A program made the translations under genes and the position numbers. Shown here piece by piece: positions 10,376 to 20,078 of a stretch of DNA of 59,519 bases; position 1 is the first letter of the stretch; each line of letters starts with the position of its first letter. The notes below the pieces were generated by a model, which saw only the letters and a list, made by a program, of their open reading frames with translations, did no database searches and was not told the origin of the DNA. The DNA comes from Betaproteobacteria bacterium (lineage in GTDB: Bacteria; Pseudomonadota; Gammaproteobacteria; Burkholderiales; SG8-39), in NCBI GenBank assembly GCA_004298325.1, contig SCUF01000369.1:1-59519 (forward strand), in the 5' to 3' direction.

Positions 10376-11713
10376 GTGAACAGGGGAATCGTGTCCCGCG
10401 CGACGGAGGCGGCGAGGCGCGCACTTTCAAGTGCTCTCGCGCGGGACACCGGCGTGCTCGTCGTCGGCGTCGCGATCTCGCAGGCAATCGCGTTGGGGGC
10501 GATGCCGATTATCACACGGCTGTTCGCGCCAGATGAGTTCGGCATCTTCGCGAGCTTTGCCTCGTTGGTCGGGATCGCAGGAGTCTTTGCCTGCCTGTAC
10601 TTCGAGGCCGTGATTCCACTGGCGCGCTCGGACAGCGAGGCGGCGTCAATCGTTGTGCTGGCTTTGATTTCAGTGTGTGCGACGACCGCGATCGCCGCGT
10701 TGGCGGTCACCTATCTTGGGCACCACTTAGTGGCACAGCTGGGAGCGCCTAGCCTGGACTCCAGCCTATGGCTCCTGCCAGTCAACATTGCTTTGCTGGG
10801 CGCGTTTCAGGCGTGCCTATACCTGGCGCTGCGCAATCGGCGCTTCGCGTCGGTTTCCGCGGCACGCGTGGGGCAGACGCTGAGTGTGTCGGGCGCCCAG
10901 GTCGCTGCCGGGCTGGGGCGCGGCGGAGCTGCGGGCCTGATTCAGGGGTACACGATCGGCCAGCTGATCGCCACGCTGGCGATGGCTCCACACGCGTACA
11001 GCTTCGTCCGGAAGGCCTTTGCGAAACGATCGGATCTGGTCGAGCTGATCGTCGGCAGCGCGCGCCGGTACTTGCCCATTGCGGCATTCGGCAGCCTGGG
11101 GACGTTCATGGTGACGGCGTCCTACCAGGTGATTCCGCTTCTCCTGACGTCGTACTATGGACCTGCCGCGGCGGGTACTTTCTTCATCACCTACCGCGTC
11201 GCCAGCATCCCGATTTCACTTCTTGGTGGACCGATCGGGCAGGTACTGCTGCAGCGGGCATCTGAGCGCGTCGCCGCGGATCAGCCGACCGCGGAACTGG
11301 TCGAGGAGTCGCTTTTGACGCTAGTTCGGCTGGGGCTCTTGCCGTTTGTCATGGTGGCGATTCTTGCCCCGTCAGCCTTCTCGTTCGTATTTGGCGACCA
11401 ATGGCGCGACGCGGGAGCTATCTTTCAGGTGCTGGCAATCCCCTTCTTTCTGCAGTTCGTGACGGGCCCAGTGTCGTCCGTCCTGATTGCGCTCAGGAAG
11501 CAGAAGATCGTCGCGCAGCTGCAGACTGTAATGTTCGCCAGTGCGGTCGGAACACTGACTGCCGGCTATCTGCTGTCGTTTGGAATGATTGGAAGCATCT
11601 CTCTTTATGCCGTGTCCCTGACCGCGATATACACGTACTATTTGCACATCGTGTGCAAGTACTCTTCCGCATCCGGCGCGAGAGTCCTGCACCGGGTCAT
11701 GGGTCGACCTTAG
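10376..11713 (+). CDS. wzx: Wzx-type oligosaccharide flippase (polysaccharide biosynthesis protein, MOP superfamily)
   Basis: About 445 aa with many hydrophobic segments in the typical PST-family layout. It lies next to a wzy-like gene. Confidence 0.7.
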   Translation: MNRGIVSRATEAARRALSSALARDTGVLVVGVAISQAIALGAMPIITRLFAPDEFGIFASFASLVGIAGVFACLYFEAVIPLARSDSEAASIVVLALISVCATTAIAALAVTYLGHHLVAQLGAPSLDSSLWLLPVNIALLGAFQACLYLALRNRRFASVSAARVGQTLSVSGAQVAAGLGRGGAAGLIQGYTIGQLIATLAMAPHAYSFVRKAFAKRSDLVELIVGSARRYLPIAAFGSLGTFMVTASYQVIPLLLTSYYGPAAAGTFFITYRVASIPISLLGGPIGQVLLQRASERVAADQPTAELVEESLLTLVRLGLLPFVMVAILAPSAFSFVFGDQWRDAGAIFQVLAIPFFLQFVTGPVSSVLIALRKQKIVAQLQTVMFASAVGTLTAGYLLSFGMIGSISLYAVSLTAIYTYYLHIVCKYSSASGARVLHRVMGRP

Positions 11714-11719
11714 GTTCGC

Positions 11720-13078
11720 ATGCTGCTGGCGCTTTGGTTTTGCGTTCCATTTGTCTTCGCCGCCGCTTGGTACAAGCTGACCGGCGGCGCGGTGCTGCGG
11801 CACGTCGCGACGCTTCACTTCGTGGTCTACTTCGTCGCAATTTACGCCGGATCCTATTCGCTCTTCGTTGACAACGGCGAAAAAGGGGAAGTCTTCATCT
11901 GGTCTGTGATGGCGTATCCGATTCTCGCGCTCGCGGGGACGGTGGTCGCCCAGGCGTGCTTCCGCACGACGGGATTTCGCCTAAGGCTTGGCGACCTGCG
12001 TACATCTGCGGCAGAACGACAGGTTGTCTACGCTCTGTCTGCATTGTTGGCGGTCTTACTGCTTATCTATGTCGCGATCTTGGGTAATGAAACACCCTTG
12101 TACGTTCTGATTACGCAAGGTCCCATCGAGGCGCAGTTGGCCAGGTATGCTGCGACGAAGGGATACAAAGAGGCTTTTGGCGATGTCGGGCTGATTGTCA
12201 ACCTGTCCCGTGTCTTCACGGACTATTTTGCGCTGTTCCTCTTGGTGTTCGAGTACTGCCGTTCGCGTCGCGGCGAAACGTCCTACCGACGTTTCTGGTT
12301 GATCGCGCTTGCGCTGGTAGTTGCGACCGTACTCTTCGGGGAGCGATATCCCGTTGTCAAGCTCATCGTCTATTTCGCGCTTGCAATCATTGCGTTGAGA
12401 CATCGAAGGCTAGGCGTGGGCCTGGTCGCGTGGCTACTGCTGCTCGTAGCCGTAGTCGTTCCGCTGGTCGGGTTTGTGCACGCCGCGACGAACCTGCACG
12501 TAGGACTAGCCGACCGCGACCTGTGGACCTTACTTGGTTGGTCGTGGGATGTGTTTGCTGAGCGACTTTTTTTCGGTCAGGTGTCGGGGCTTTACCATAC
12601 GTTTGCTTTGGTACCCGATGTCTATGATTTCTTCTGGGGGCGTACACTCAGCAATCCAAGGGATCTGCTGCCCTATGAGCAGGTGCAGCTGCCGTTTCTT
12701 GTCAACGATTCACACGCCGAGTCGGTGCCCGGCGTGCAAGGAAGCGACCCGACCGTCTTCTTCGGCGAGGTTTACGCAAATTTTGGTATCGCCGGAATGC
12801 TTGCCTCGATGGTTGCGGCGGGATTCGTAATGCAGTGGCTCAATTCGACAGTTGCCGGGCGTGTTGATCGGACGCGGTCCACATATTTCGTGGCGTTGCA
12901 TTTCATGGCGATGGTGTACTTGGCGGACTTTGCGATTAGCTTCTCCGCCCTCTATTTCGACTACCGGCTCTACCTCCTGATGTTCTTGCTTTTTGTTCCC
13001 AACATGCTGCCGCTACGAACCTCGCCAAAGGTGCAGGCCGTGCACGGGAACGCAGCTGCGACAGAGTTGAGTCGGTAG
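11720..13078 (+). CDS. wzy: Wzy-like repeat-unit polymerase (polytopic membrane protein)
   Basis: About 452 aa and highly hydrophobic, in a markedly lower-GC stretch directly after wzx. The call rests on context and topology only. Confidence 0.55.
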   Translation: MLLALWFCVPFVFAAAWYKLTGGAVLRHVATLHFVVYFVAIYAGSYSLFVDNGEKGEVFIWSVMAYPILALAGTVVAQACFRTTGFRLRLGDLRTSAAERQVVYALSALLAVLLLIYVAILGNETPLYVLITQGPIEAQLARYAATKGYKEAFGDVGLIVNLSRVFTDYFALFLLVFEYCRSRRGETSYRRFWLIALALVVATVLFGERYPVVKLIVYFALAIIALRHRRLGVGLVAWLLLLVAVVVPLVGFVHAATNLHVGLADRDLWTLLGWSWDVFAERLFFGQVSGLYHTFALVPDVYDFFWGRTLSNPRDLLPYEQVQLPFLVNDSHAESVPGVQGSDPTVFFGEVYANFGIAGMLASMVAAGFVMQWLNSTVAGRVDRTRSTYFVALHFMAMVYLADFAISFSALYFDYRLYLLMFLLFVPNMLPLRTSPKVQAVHGNAAATELSR

Positions 13079-13332
13079 ATGCATGGCACAGACTGAATAT
13101 TGTGTCTGAATCGCGCCAGCGGGGTGCGCCTGCACAAGGGTGACCGTTACATTTTACAAAGCGGGATCTGTCGGTCGTACTAGAGGAAGGATGGAGGCCG
13201 CCGGGGTGTATTCCTTTGACAGAGGCCATTTGCTTGCCTCGCTTTGATCCTCGACCTCGGCGACAAGGTGCTAGCCTGCGGGTGTCCGCGAAGGCGGCGT
13301 TGAATCGATGGGGGCGATACGGCAAGACCCGC

Positions 13333-15168
13333 ATGAGGCCAGTCATATTCGTGTATCACGTCGTAGCCGATCTTACACGCCGTACCCGGTCACGCCTGGA
13401 AATGGTGGTGCGCCGTCTTTTCTGCCAGCGATCGCAGCACGTGCCGGAGCGCTTGATCGTGGCGGTCTCTAGCGTTGCGCTACTGGTCTTCCTCGCTTCT
13501 GTCACCAATCGAGGTTTCGATATCACAGACGAGGGATTCTATTTCCTGACGGCTGCGCACCCTGAGGACGTAGGAGCGTACGTAAGTTTCGGTTACGTCT
13601 ATGGATCAATTCTCGTCAAGTTAGGATTGGAAACCATCCCTGCGACCCGGATCGTGGGTGTGTTTGGACTTGTCTTTGCTGGACTTCTGTTTGGTGCGTC
13701 GCTCGGATATGCCTACAGGAACGTGCAGTCCAATTCCGAGTCGTGGCTTGATCCCGTGATCGCGGCGGGCGTCGGCCTGCACGGCGCCCTGTCGTACTAC
13801 AGCTGGACGTTGATGGGACCGAGTTACAACTATCTCGTTTCCTTGCTCACCCTTCTCTGGTGCCCGGCAGTCCTCGTCGGTCTGATCTCAGGTCACGAAA
13901 TCCGGAGATTTCTGTCACTCGCATTTGCGGGCATCTGCGTGAGCGCGATGATTTTTGTGAAAGCAAGTGCTGGTCTCGGATTCTTGGTGGCTTCCTTAGC
14001 ATTGCTCTACTTGTGGCCGCAGAATCAGGTCGTAAGACTACGAGGATTCCTGCCCTTCTTGGTCGGGTTCGCTGCGTGGTTAGGGCTGCATCTGATCTTC
14101 TTCACGGGCCCCGCAGAGACCTACGAGAGATGGATCGCAGGTTACGAAGTCTCTAGGGCGGCCGGTGTGGGCCAAGGATGGCAATCGTTAGGCCGTTACC
14201 CCAGCGAAGCCCTGGGAGTGTCGCTGCTTCTTGGGAAGCAGTATGGAATTGCCATCGTCGCGATCATTCTTGCAAGAAGCTTGGGCGCGAGCCTTCCCAA
14301 AGTACGGATCGCACTATATCTAGTCGCGGCGTTCTGGGTCACGTGGCAAGGCATCATCGGCGTCGTCTGGCTATCCGGTCCTAGCTGCATCGATTGCAGA
14401 GTCGTGCTGCACTATGCGGGCTGGATCCTAGTCGCGCTGGCCGCGATACTCCCGATTCAGCGAGCGGCCTATGCGGGGCCGAAAGGTCGAGAGTTCTTGA
14501 TCCTGGCTACGTTGCTCGTTGTTCCGGCGCTTGCAAGCATTGGCTCCTCAAATCGCATGGGAGCCGGAATCAGCATGTGTCTCGCGGCATGGATTTTTCT
14601 TCTGTTTCTTCTCTCACATAGGCTTTCATCGCCTGCTTCACGAGTTCCGGCAGTCGCCGGAGTGATCTTTTGTCTGCTCTCGGCGGGCCAAGTTGCGTCC
14701 GCGTTCCTGGTCTCTCCTTATCGCCTTGCGACGGGAATTCTTGAGCAGACCGATTCCGTCGATCTGGCACGTGGTGGGAAGATGCTTGTCGACACGCAGA
14801 CGGCCAAGTTCTGGACCGATATGCAGAGCGCCGGAAAGCGTTGCGGCCTGCGTCGCGACACGTACATTCTCGGATTTTTCGATGTTCCCGGGGTGGTCTT
14901 TGCCCTCGCGGGACGATCGCCAGGCGTGCCTTGGTATTCGAGCGGAGTTGCACACGCCAAGGAGTTTGCGGAATTTGTTCTGTCTCGCACCGACCATTCG
15001 CGGCTCGAGCGGGCCTGGATTCTGAGCAGTGCGAGGGCCAGGGAACAGTTCCCCGACTTGGCCAGATTCAATGTCGACTTTCCAAACGGATTTGAGTTGT
15101 GCGGTTCAGCGTATTGGCCGCAGGAGCACGGGAATATTCAGTTATGGAAGCCGCGGTCGGTCCGGTGA
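13333..15168 (+). CDS. Large polytopic membrane protein of unknown function; candidate GT-C-fold glycosyltransferase
   Basis: It has more than 10 hydrophobic segments followed by a ~130-aa hydrophilic C-terminus. An acidic motif ITDEGFYF sits just after the first TM, resembling the loop-1 DE motif of PMT/ArnT-type GT-C enzymes. The start is uncertain (ATG 13333 or 13402; the track TTG is at 13216). Confidence 0.55.
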   Translation: MRPVIFVYHVVADLTRRTRSRLEMVVRRLFCQRSQHVPERLIVAVSSVALLVFLASVTNRGFDITDEGFYFLTAAHPEDVGAYVSFGYVYGSILVKLGLETIPATRIVGVFGLVFAGLLFGASLGYAYRNVQSNSESWLDPVIAAGVGLHGALSYYSWTLMGPSYNYLVSLLTLLWCPAVLVGLISGHEIRRFLSLAFAGICVSAMIFVKASAGLGFLVASLALLYLWPQNQVVRLRGFLPFLVGFAAWLGLHLIFFTGPAETYERWIAGYEVSRAAGVGQGWQSLGRYPSEALGVSLLLGKQYGIAIVAIILARSLGASLPKVRIALYLVAAFWVTWQGIIGVVWLSGPSCIDCRVVLHYAGWILVALAAILPIQRAAYAGPKGREFLILATLLVVPALASIGSSNRMGAGISMCLAAWIFLLFLLSHRLSSPASRVPAVAGVIFCLLSAGQVASAFLVSPYRLATGILEQTDSVDLARGGKMLVDTQTAKFWTDMQSAGKRCGLRRDTYILGFFDVPGVVFALAGRSPGVPWYSSGVAHAKEFAEFVLSRTDHSRLERAWILSSARAREQFPDLARFNVDFPNGFELCGSAYWPQEHGNIQLWKPRSVR

Positions 15169-15205
15169 TTTCTCACTTGTTTGCGGGAGTCGCAGGGCTA
15201 TGCCC

Positions 15206-15528
15206 CTATCCGACATTCTCAATTGTTTGACGAAGTGCCGTCACCACGCTCTGCACTGACTCGCGCGACATCGGAGGATAGAACGGCAGCGACAATACCT
15301 CAGACCCGATCGCTTCGGCGTTCGTTAACGAGGGCCGCCCCGCGATTATTCCATTTTCTTCTGCAAATCTGGCGTCGCGCTGCCACCGCGCCGGGCCTGG
15401 CCATGTCCTGCCGGTAATACGCCGCCCGGGACAGCTTTGCTACTCGATGGGCCCAGGCAACCGATAAACGATGCTGCCGCCGTTTCGTCGTTCTCAAGAA
15501 ATAGTCCTGTTACGCCGAACGCCGTCAA
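15206..15528 (-). pseudogene. Decayed C-terminal remnant of a DegT-family aminotransferase
   Basis: Three minus-strand frames in series give recognisable DegT pieces. These are TAFGVTGLFLENDETAAASFI (cf. FGDGGAVVTNDDAVAERI), HRVAKLSRAAYYRQ, and FAEENGIIAGR..NAEAIGSEVLSLPFYPPMSRESVQSVVTALRQTIENVG-stop, the canonical DegT C-terminus. No intact ORF covers them. Confidence 0.5.
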
Positions 15529-15543
15529 GGAATTTCCTGCGCG

Positions 15544-16182
15544 TCAAGTCAGCTGAAAATTCCTCACGGAAAAAGGGTTGCCCAGCCCCTGTGTGTCGTC
15601 GGGCAGCGCGTGCGTGACCACAGAGCCGATCCCCAGCCGGCAGCGATCGCCGATGGCAACATCGTTTGACAGGAGGGCTCCCGTTCCGAGGAAGCACTCG
15701 GCGCCGATACGGCAGAAACCCGACACCGTGACCGAGGGACTGAGGTAGGACGCTTCGCCGATCCAGACGTCGTGCGCCAGGTTGACCGCAGTATTCAGGA
15801 GTACGCCGCCCTCGATCGCGCAAGCCGGCCCGATCACGACCCCGGGATAGATCGCGCAGCCTCCACCAATCTTCGACGACGGATGGACGTAGGCCGCCGA
15901 GTGCATCAGGGTGGGCAGCTTTCGGCCGCTGCTTCGCAAGGCCTCAAGGACCGAGCGCTTCTTCTGCAGCTGGCGGTAACCGAGAGCCAGATAGAACTCG
16001 CAATCGCCGAAATCGTCGTCTAGATACCGCTCGAAAGGAACAACCGACTTGCCCGCGCGGCCTTCGGCAGGCAAGCCGAAATAGACCGAGCGGAAGCTGC
16101 CGGCGGCGAGCGAAGGCTCCAGCAGCGAAGCCAGTTGTTCGGCAAGCCGGCCGGCGCCGATGTAAGCGATCTTTCTCATCAT
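15544..16182 (-). CDS. NeuD/PglD-family sugar N-acetyltransferase (N-terminal Rossmann-like domain plus LbH)
   Basis: KIAYIGAGRLAEQL is followed by hexapeptide repeats (IGGGCAIYPGVVIGPACAIEGGVLLN..). The ATG at 16182 overlaps the upstream TGA as ATGA. The track ORF extension to 16731 overlaps the upstream gene. Confidence 0.8.
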   Translation of the reverse strand: MMRKIAYIGAGRLAEQLASLLEPSLAAGSFRSVYFGLPAEGRAGKSVVPFERYLDDDFGDCEFYLALGYRQLQKKRSVLEALRSSGRKLPTLMHSAAYVHPSSKIGGGCAIYPGVVIGPACAIEGGVLLNTAVNLAHDVWIGEASYLSPSVTVSGFCRIGAECFLGTGALLSNDVAIGDRCRLGIGSVVTHALPDDTQGLGNPFSVRNFQLT

Positions 16183-17192
16183 TCGGTTGCGCGGTAGACG
16201 AGCCGTGCGCCGAGCCGGTAGGTGGAATATCCGCCCAGCGCCAGGATCACGGCTGCCGAAAGAAAGTGCCACAGGAGCGCCGAGGAAGCCACCACTTCCT
16301 CCGACAGGCCGAAGCCGTAGGCGTACACCAGCACCGGCAACATCTCCGCCGTGCCGAGTTGCGCCGGCGGCGAAGGCAGCACGAACGCCAGATTGAACAG
16401 CGTGGCGGCCACCACCGCCTGCAGCAGGCTCAGCGGCAGGCTGAACGCGTTCAGCAGGAAGAAAAATGTGATGGCGTCGCACAGCAGGAAGAGAAACGAC
16501 AGGGCGAAGACGATCCCGGTTACGCGCCAGCCGTAGCGGGGAAGATGGCAGTTGACGAGCGTCGTTGCGACAAAACCGAAGGCGCGTGACGACACGAGGC
16601 GCTCCACGCGGTCGGAACGAAAACCCAGGCCGGACAGCACCTGCCTCGTGGCCGATGGAAGGCTTCTCCCGATTACGTCGCCCAACAGGAGAAAGATGCA
16701 GCTCGCAACCGCAATCAGCCCGAACACCCACCCGTACTTGGCGGGATCAATGCCCGCAAAGGCGGTTGCAGGATAGACGCTGAACGCCAGCATCAGCGTG
16801 AGCAGGGCCGAAAAGCGGTCGATCAGCGTTGCGGAAACCGAAGTGGCATACGGAACCGCAGCGACGCTTTTCGCGAGGTAGAGGCGAATCACTTCACCCA
16901 TGCGCACGGGAAAAAGGAAGTTCGCCATGTTGGCGGCGAACATGACGTGGAATCCCGCCGTCCAGGTCATCGGCGCGGAAGTTCGCACGATGTAGGTCCA
17001 TTTCACGCAGCGCACCGCGATGGCGACGAGAAAGCTTGCGAGGGAAGAACCGAGAAGGGCCCAGTCTGCCTGCGCAAAATGAGTGATTGCGGCATGGAAA
17101 TCGAAGAAGTACTGGAAGTAGACCCAGAGCAACGCGATCCCGACGGCGATGCCGGCATACTTCGCCCCCGCTCTGCCGGCCGAGGCGGCCAA
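16179..17192 (-). CDS. Flippase-like membrane protein (lysyl-phosphatidylglycerol-synthase TM-region / UPF0104-like)
   Basis: 337 aa with about 8 TM segments. The N-terminus LLWVYFQYFFDFHAAITHFAQADWALL and RCVKWTYIVR recall the LPG_synthase_TM family. The family was assigned from memory. Confidence 0.6.
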   Translation of the reverse strand: MAASAGRAGAKYAGIAVGIALLWVYFQYFFDFHAAITHFAQADWALLGSSLASFLVAIAVRCVKWTYIVRTSAPMTWTAGFHVMFAANMANFLFPVRMGEVIRLYLAKSVAAVPYATSVSATLIDRFSALLTLMLAFSVYPATAFAGIDPAKYGWVFGLIAVASCIFLLLGDVIGRSLPSATRQVLSGLGFRSDRVERLVSSRAFGFVATTLVNCHLPRYGWRVTGIVFALSFLFLLCDAITFFFLLNAFSLPLSLLQAVVAATLFNLAFVLPSPPAQLGTAEMLPVLVYAYGFGLSEEVVASSALLWHFLSAAVILALGGYSTYRLGARLVYRATE

Positions 17193-17193
17193 G

Positions 17194-18327
17194 TCAGTTG
17201 CCCATGATTCGCTGGAGCATATCGCAAACCCGGTCCACGTGCTCCATGGGCATATTCGGATAGAAAGGGAGTGATATGAGCTGGTCGCCCAGTTTCTCGG
17301 CCACAGGGAAGTTCCCGGGCATGTGTCCCAAAGTCTTCCTGAAGCAGGTGAGGAGATGTATCGCCCGGTAGTTCACCACTGTCTCGATGCCGGCTGCCTT
17401 GAGATGCTCCAGGACCGCGTCCCGATCCTTGGCGACGATACACACCGGGAAGAGGTGCCGCGCATGCCTCGCGTCCTCCCGCGTGCTCATGACGCTCACT
17501 CCGGGAACGCCCTTCAGCCGCTCCGTATAGCGCTGCGCCAGCGCCTCGCGCTTGCGCAGGTTCGGTTCCAGCCGCTCGAACTGGGGCAGCAGCATCGCCG
17601 CCTGGATGTTGCTGAGGTTGTACTTCCAGCCGAATTCGGGCATGTCCCAGTGCTTGTAGCCCTCGCGGTAGCGGTCGTCCGAGGTCTTGGTCATGCCGTG
17701 GTTGGAGAGAGCCCGGAGAGCGGCAGCGACCTGTTCATGGTCGGTCGCGACCGCTCCTCCTTCGCCGCAGGTGATGTTCTTCGTCGCGAAGAAGCTGAAG
17801 CACGCAGTGTCGCCGAGCTCGCCTGGCCCCACCCCGCCGCGCTTGCCTTCAATGCAATGCGCCGAGTCCTCGACGATGCGCAGTCCGTGCTCGTCGGCGA
17901 TCGCGCGCAAGGCCCTCATGTCGCACATGAGGCCATAGAGATGCACGGGCAGGATGGCCTTGGTCCGTTTGCTGATTGCCGCCTCTACGCGGGCAGCGTC
18001 CAGATTGCCGGTGTCCGGCTCGACGTCGACGAACACTGGCTTGGCTCCGGCCTGGACAATCGCCGTAGAGGAGGCGATGAACGTGAGCGGCGTCGTGATC
18101 ACCTCATCGCCCGGCCCGATGCCGAGCGCAAGCAGCGAGAGATGTATGGCGCCGGTGCAGCTGTTCAGCGCCACAGCCTTGTGTCTGCCGAGGTACTGCG
18201 CGAACTCGCGCTCGAACCTGTAAACGTACTCGCCGGTCGTGAGTATCCTTCCCTTCAGCACCTCCCGGATCTCGGCAAGCTCGCGCTCGCCGAGGTCGTG
18301 GACGTAGAACGGCACGCTGCCGATCAA
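17194..18327 (-). CDS. DegT/DnrJ/EryC1/StrS-family PLP aminotransferase
   Basis: Has NSCTGAIHLSLLALGIGPGDEVI and the FSFFATKNITCGEGGA PLP-lysine region. The start is set at the TTG at 18327, which overlaps the upstream TGA (TTGA) and sits 5 nt after AAGGAG. Confidence 0.85.
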   Translation of the reverse strand: MIGSVPFYVHDLGERELAEIREVLKGRILTTGEYVYRFEREFAQYLGRHKAVALNSCTGAIHLSLLALGIGPGDEVITTPLTFIASSTAIVQAGAKPVFVDVEPDTGNLDAARVEAAISKRTKAILPVHLYGLMCDMRALRAIADEHGLRIVEDSAHCIEGKRGGVGPGELGDTACFSFFATKNITCGEGGAVATDHEQVAAALRALSNHGMTKTSDDRYREGYKHWDMPEFGWKYNLSNIQAAMLLPQFERLEPNLRKREALAQRYTERLKGVPGVSVMSTREDARHARHLFPVCIVAKDRDAVLEHLKAAGIETVVNYRAIHLLTCFRKTLGHMPGNFPVAEKLGDQLISLPFYPNMPMEHVDRVCDMLQRIMGN

Positions 18328-19352
18328 TGCGTCTCCTTGCTGCCGTCCGCCATGACGATCGGGATGTGCCGCATCCAGAGCTGTTCGGTCCACCATTCCC
18401 GGTTTGCCTTGTACCAGTCGACCGTCCTCTTCAGGCCGTCCTCGAATCCGATCAGCGGTTCCCATTGCAGCAGCTCCTTTGCCTTTCTCCAGTCGCAGGT
18501 ATGCCGGAAAACCTGACCCGGCCGGTTGCCGATGTTGACGCGCGAAGCGCCGCCTCCTCCCATGATGCCGATGACGGCCGAGGCGATCTCGTTAATGCTC
18601 ATGTGCCGGCCGCTGCCGAGGTTGATGACCTCTCCCACAACGCGGCCGAGGTCCGCGTTGATGATCAGGTCGAGCGCGCGGCAATGGTCGTCGACGTGGA
18701 GGAAATCCCGCGCCGCCGTTCCGTCGCCATGGATCGCCAGCGGCTCGTTGAGAATCACGCTGGTAATGAACCTCGGCACCACCTTCTCCAGGTGCTGGTA
18801 GGGCCCGAAGTTGTTGAACGGGCGGACGATGATCGCGGGAATCTTGTAGGTCGCCCAGTACGAATAGACCAGCCTGTCCGCCCCACATTTGGCCGCCGCG
18901 TAGGGGCTGAGCGGATTGAGGGGATGGTTCTCGTCCATGGCGGCATGCTGCGCCGTGCCGAACACTTCCGAGGTGGAAATATGGATGAAGCGCTCGACCG
19001 TGCGCTTGTGCTTCAGCACCGAGTTCGCCACCACCTGCGTGCCGAGCACATCGGACTCGAAGAACAGGGCATTGTCGAAGATGGAGCGCGTCACGTGCGA
19101 CTCGGCCGCGAAGTGGACCACCACGTCGGACTTCGCCACCAGGGTGTCCACGAGCTCGGCATTGCGCACGTTGCCGTACCAGAACTCCACCCTGTCGGAG
19201 TCGAGCCAGTGCGCGGGCAGGTTGCGGACGTTGCCGGCGTAGGTGAGGGCATCGAGGATCACAATCCTGCAAGCCGGGTACTTGGCATACACGTGGCGCA
19301 CGAAATTGCTGCCGATGAAACCGGCGCCGCCTGTCACGAGAATGGTGTTCAC
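18324..19352 (-). CDS. NAD-dependent NDP-hexose 4,6-dehydratase (RfbB-like SDR)
   Basis: Has ILVTGGAGFIGSNF, HFAAESHVTRSI, STSEVFG and YAAAK (YxxxK). Confidence 0.8.
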   Translation of the reverse strand: MNTILVTGGAGFIGSNFVRHVYAKYPACRIVILDALTYAGNVRNLPAHWLDSDRVEFWYGNVRNAELVDTLVAKSDVVVHFAAESHVTRSIFDNALFFESDVLGTQVVANSVLKHKRTVERFIHISTSEVFGTAQHAAMDENHPLNPLSPYAAAKCGADRLVYSYWATYKIPAIIVRPFNNFGPYQHLEKVVPRFITSVILNEPLAIHGDGTAARDFLHVDDHCRALDLIINADLGRVVGEVINLGSGRHMSINEIASAVIGIMGGGGASRVNIGNRPGQVFRHTCDWRKAKELLQWEPLIGFEDGLKRTVDWYKANREWWTEQLWMRHIPIVMADGSKETH

Positions 19353-20056
19353 TGCTTCTCCCCAGAATCCTGCCGTTGCCGGAACAGGACCGGACTCTCC
19401 TTTCCAGCGTTCAATATTAGATCAATTGCGGAAAGGTATGGAATGAAGGCGCCGTGCTGCTGCGGATACACCGGATGTCGGTATTCCTGCCATTGCACGC
19501 GGATGCCGTCCGCCTCGAACATCGGCACGTCGAGGTATTCGCGCGCGGCGGGGCCGCTGAGGTAGCTCCCGGCGCCGAAATGCCTGCAGATGTTCAGCAG
19601 CCGGCCGCTCTGCCCGCCGCCGATCCCCAGCGCGGAAGAGCGCACGGTCTTGGTCGCGATGCCAAGCCAGCCGCGCATCAGGTCGATCAGCGCGATATCC
19701 AGTTCCGCGAGCAGGGTCCAGCCGGTCTCGAAGAGACGCTCCAGGTCCCGGAGATAGGGTGGCGCGTGCTCTGCATGTGCGTAGTGCTGCCGCAGCGTGC
19801 CGAGGTGCTTTCGTCTCCAGTCCCTGCTGTTGTCGATCCGGATCTCGTTGACACGCGGCTTGTCCTGGCCCTTGTGCAGCACCGGGACCGTCAGCCATGC
19901 GAATCCACCCGGCACTTTGATGCGGTTCCGGTTGCGCCAGCCGTGTTTGTCGAATTGGACGTCGTCGTAGTAGACGAACACATCGACCGAGGCCATTTGA
20001 TCGAAAAAACCGAGCCACGGCAGGTATCCGGGCTGGAGGATGGCCACCGTCGTCAC
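19349..20056 (-). CDS. WbqC-family protein (function unknown)
   Basis: The N-terminus AILQPGYLPWLGFFDQM and FDKHGWRNRNRIK match my recollection of the WbqC-like family. A 4-nt overlap links it to the downstream dehydratase gene. Confidence 0.7.
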   Translation of the reverse strand: MTTVAILQPGYLPWLGFFDQMASVDVFVYYDDVQFDKHGWRNRNRIKVPGGFAWLTVPVLHKGQDKPRVNEIRIDNSRDWRRKHLGTLRQHYAHAEHAPPYLRDLERLFETGWTLLAELDIALIDLMRGWLGIATKTVRSSALGIGGGQSGRLLNICRHFGAGSYLSGPAAREYLDVPMFEADGIRVQWQEYRHPVYPQQHGAFIPYLSAIDLILNAGKESPVLFRQRQDSGEKQ

Positions 20057-20078
20057 GGCCGTTGCATCCGCAGTCGCA

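Noticed and set aside
13079-13332. Short inverted repeat CAGAC-N10-GTCTG and possible promoter in the gap before the large membrane-protein gene
   Set aside because: The stem is only 5 bp with mismatched flanks, and no -35/-10 pair could be supported.
16183-16731. N-terminal extension making the NeuD-type acetyltransferase 395 aa
   Set aside because: The extension overlaps the upstream flippase-like gene in another frame. The ATGA-coupled start at 16182 gives the normal family length.
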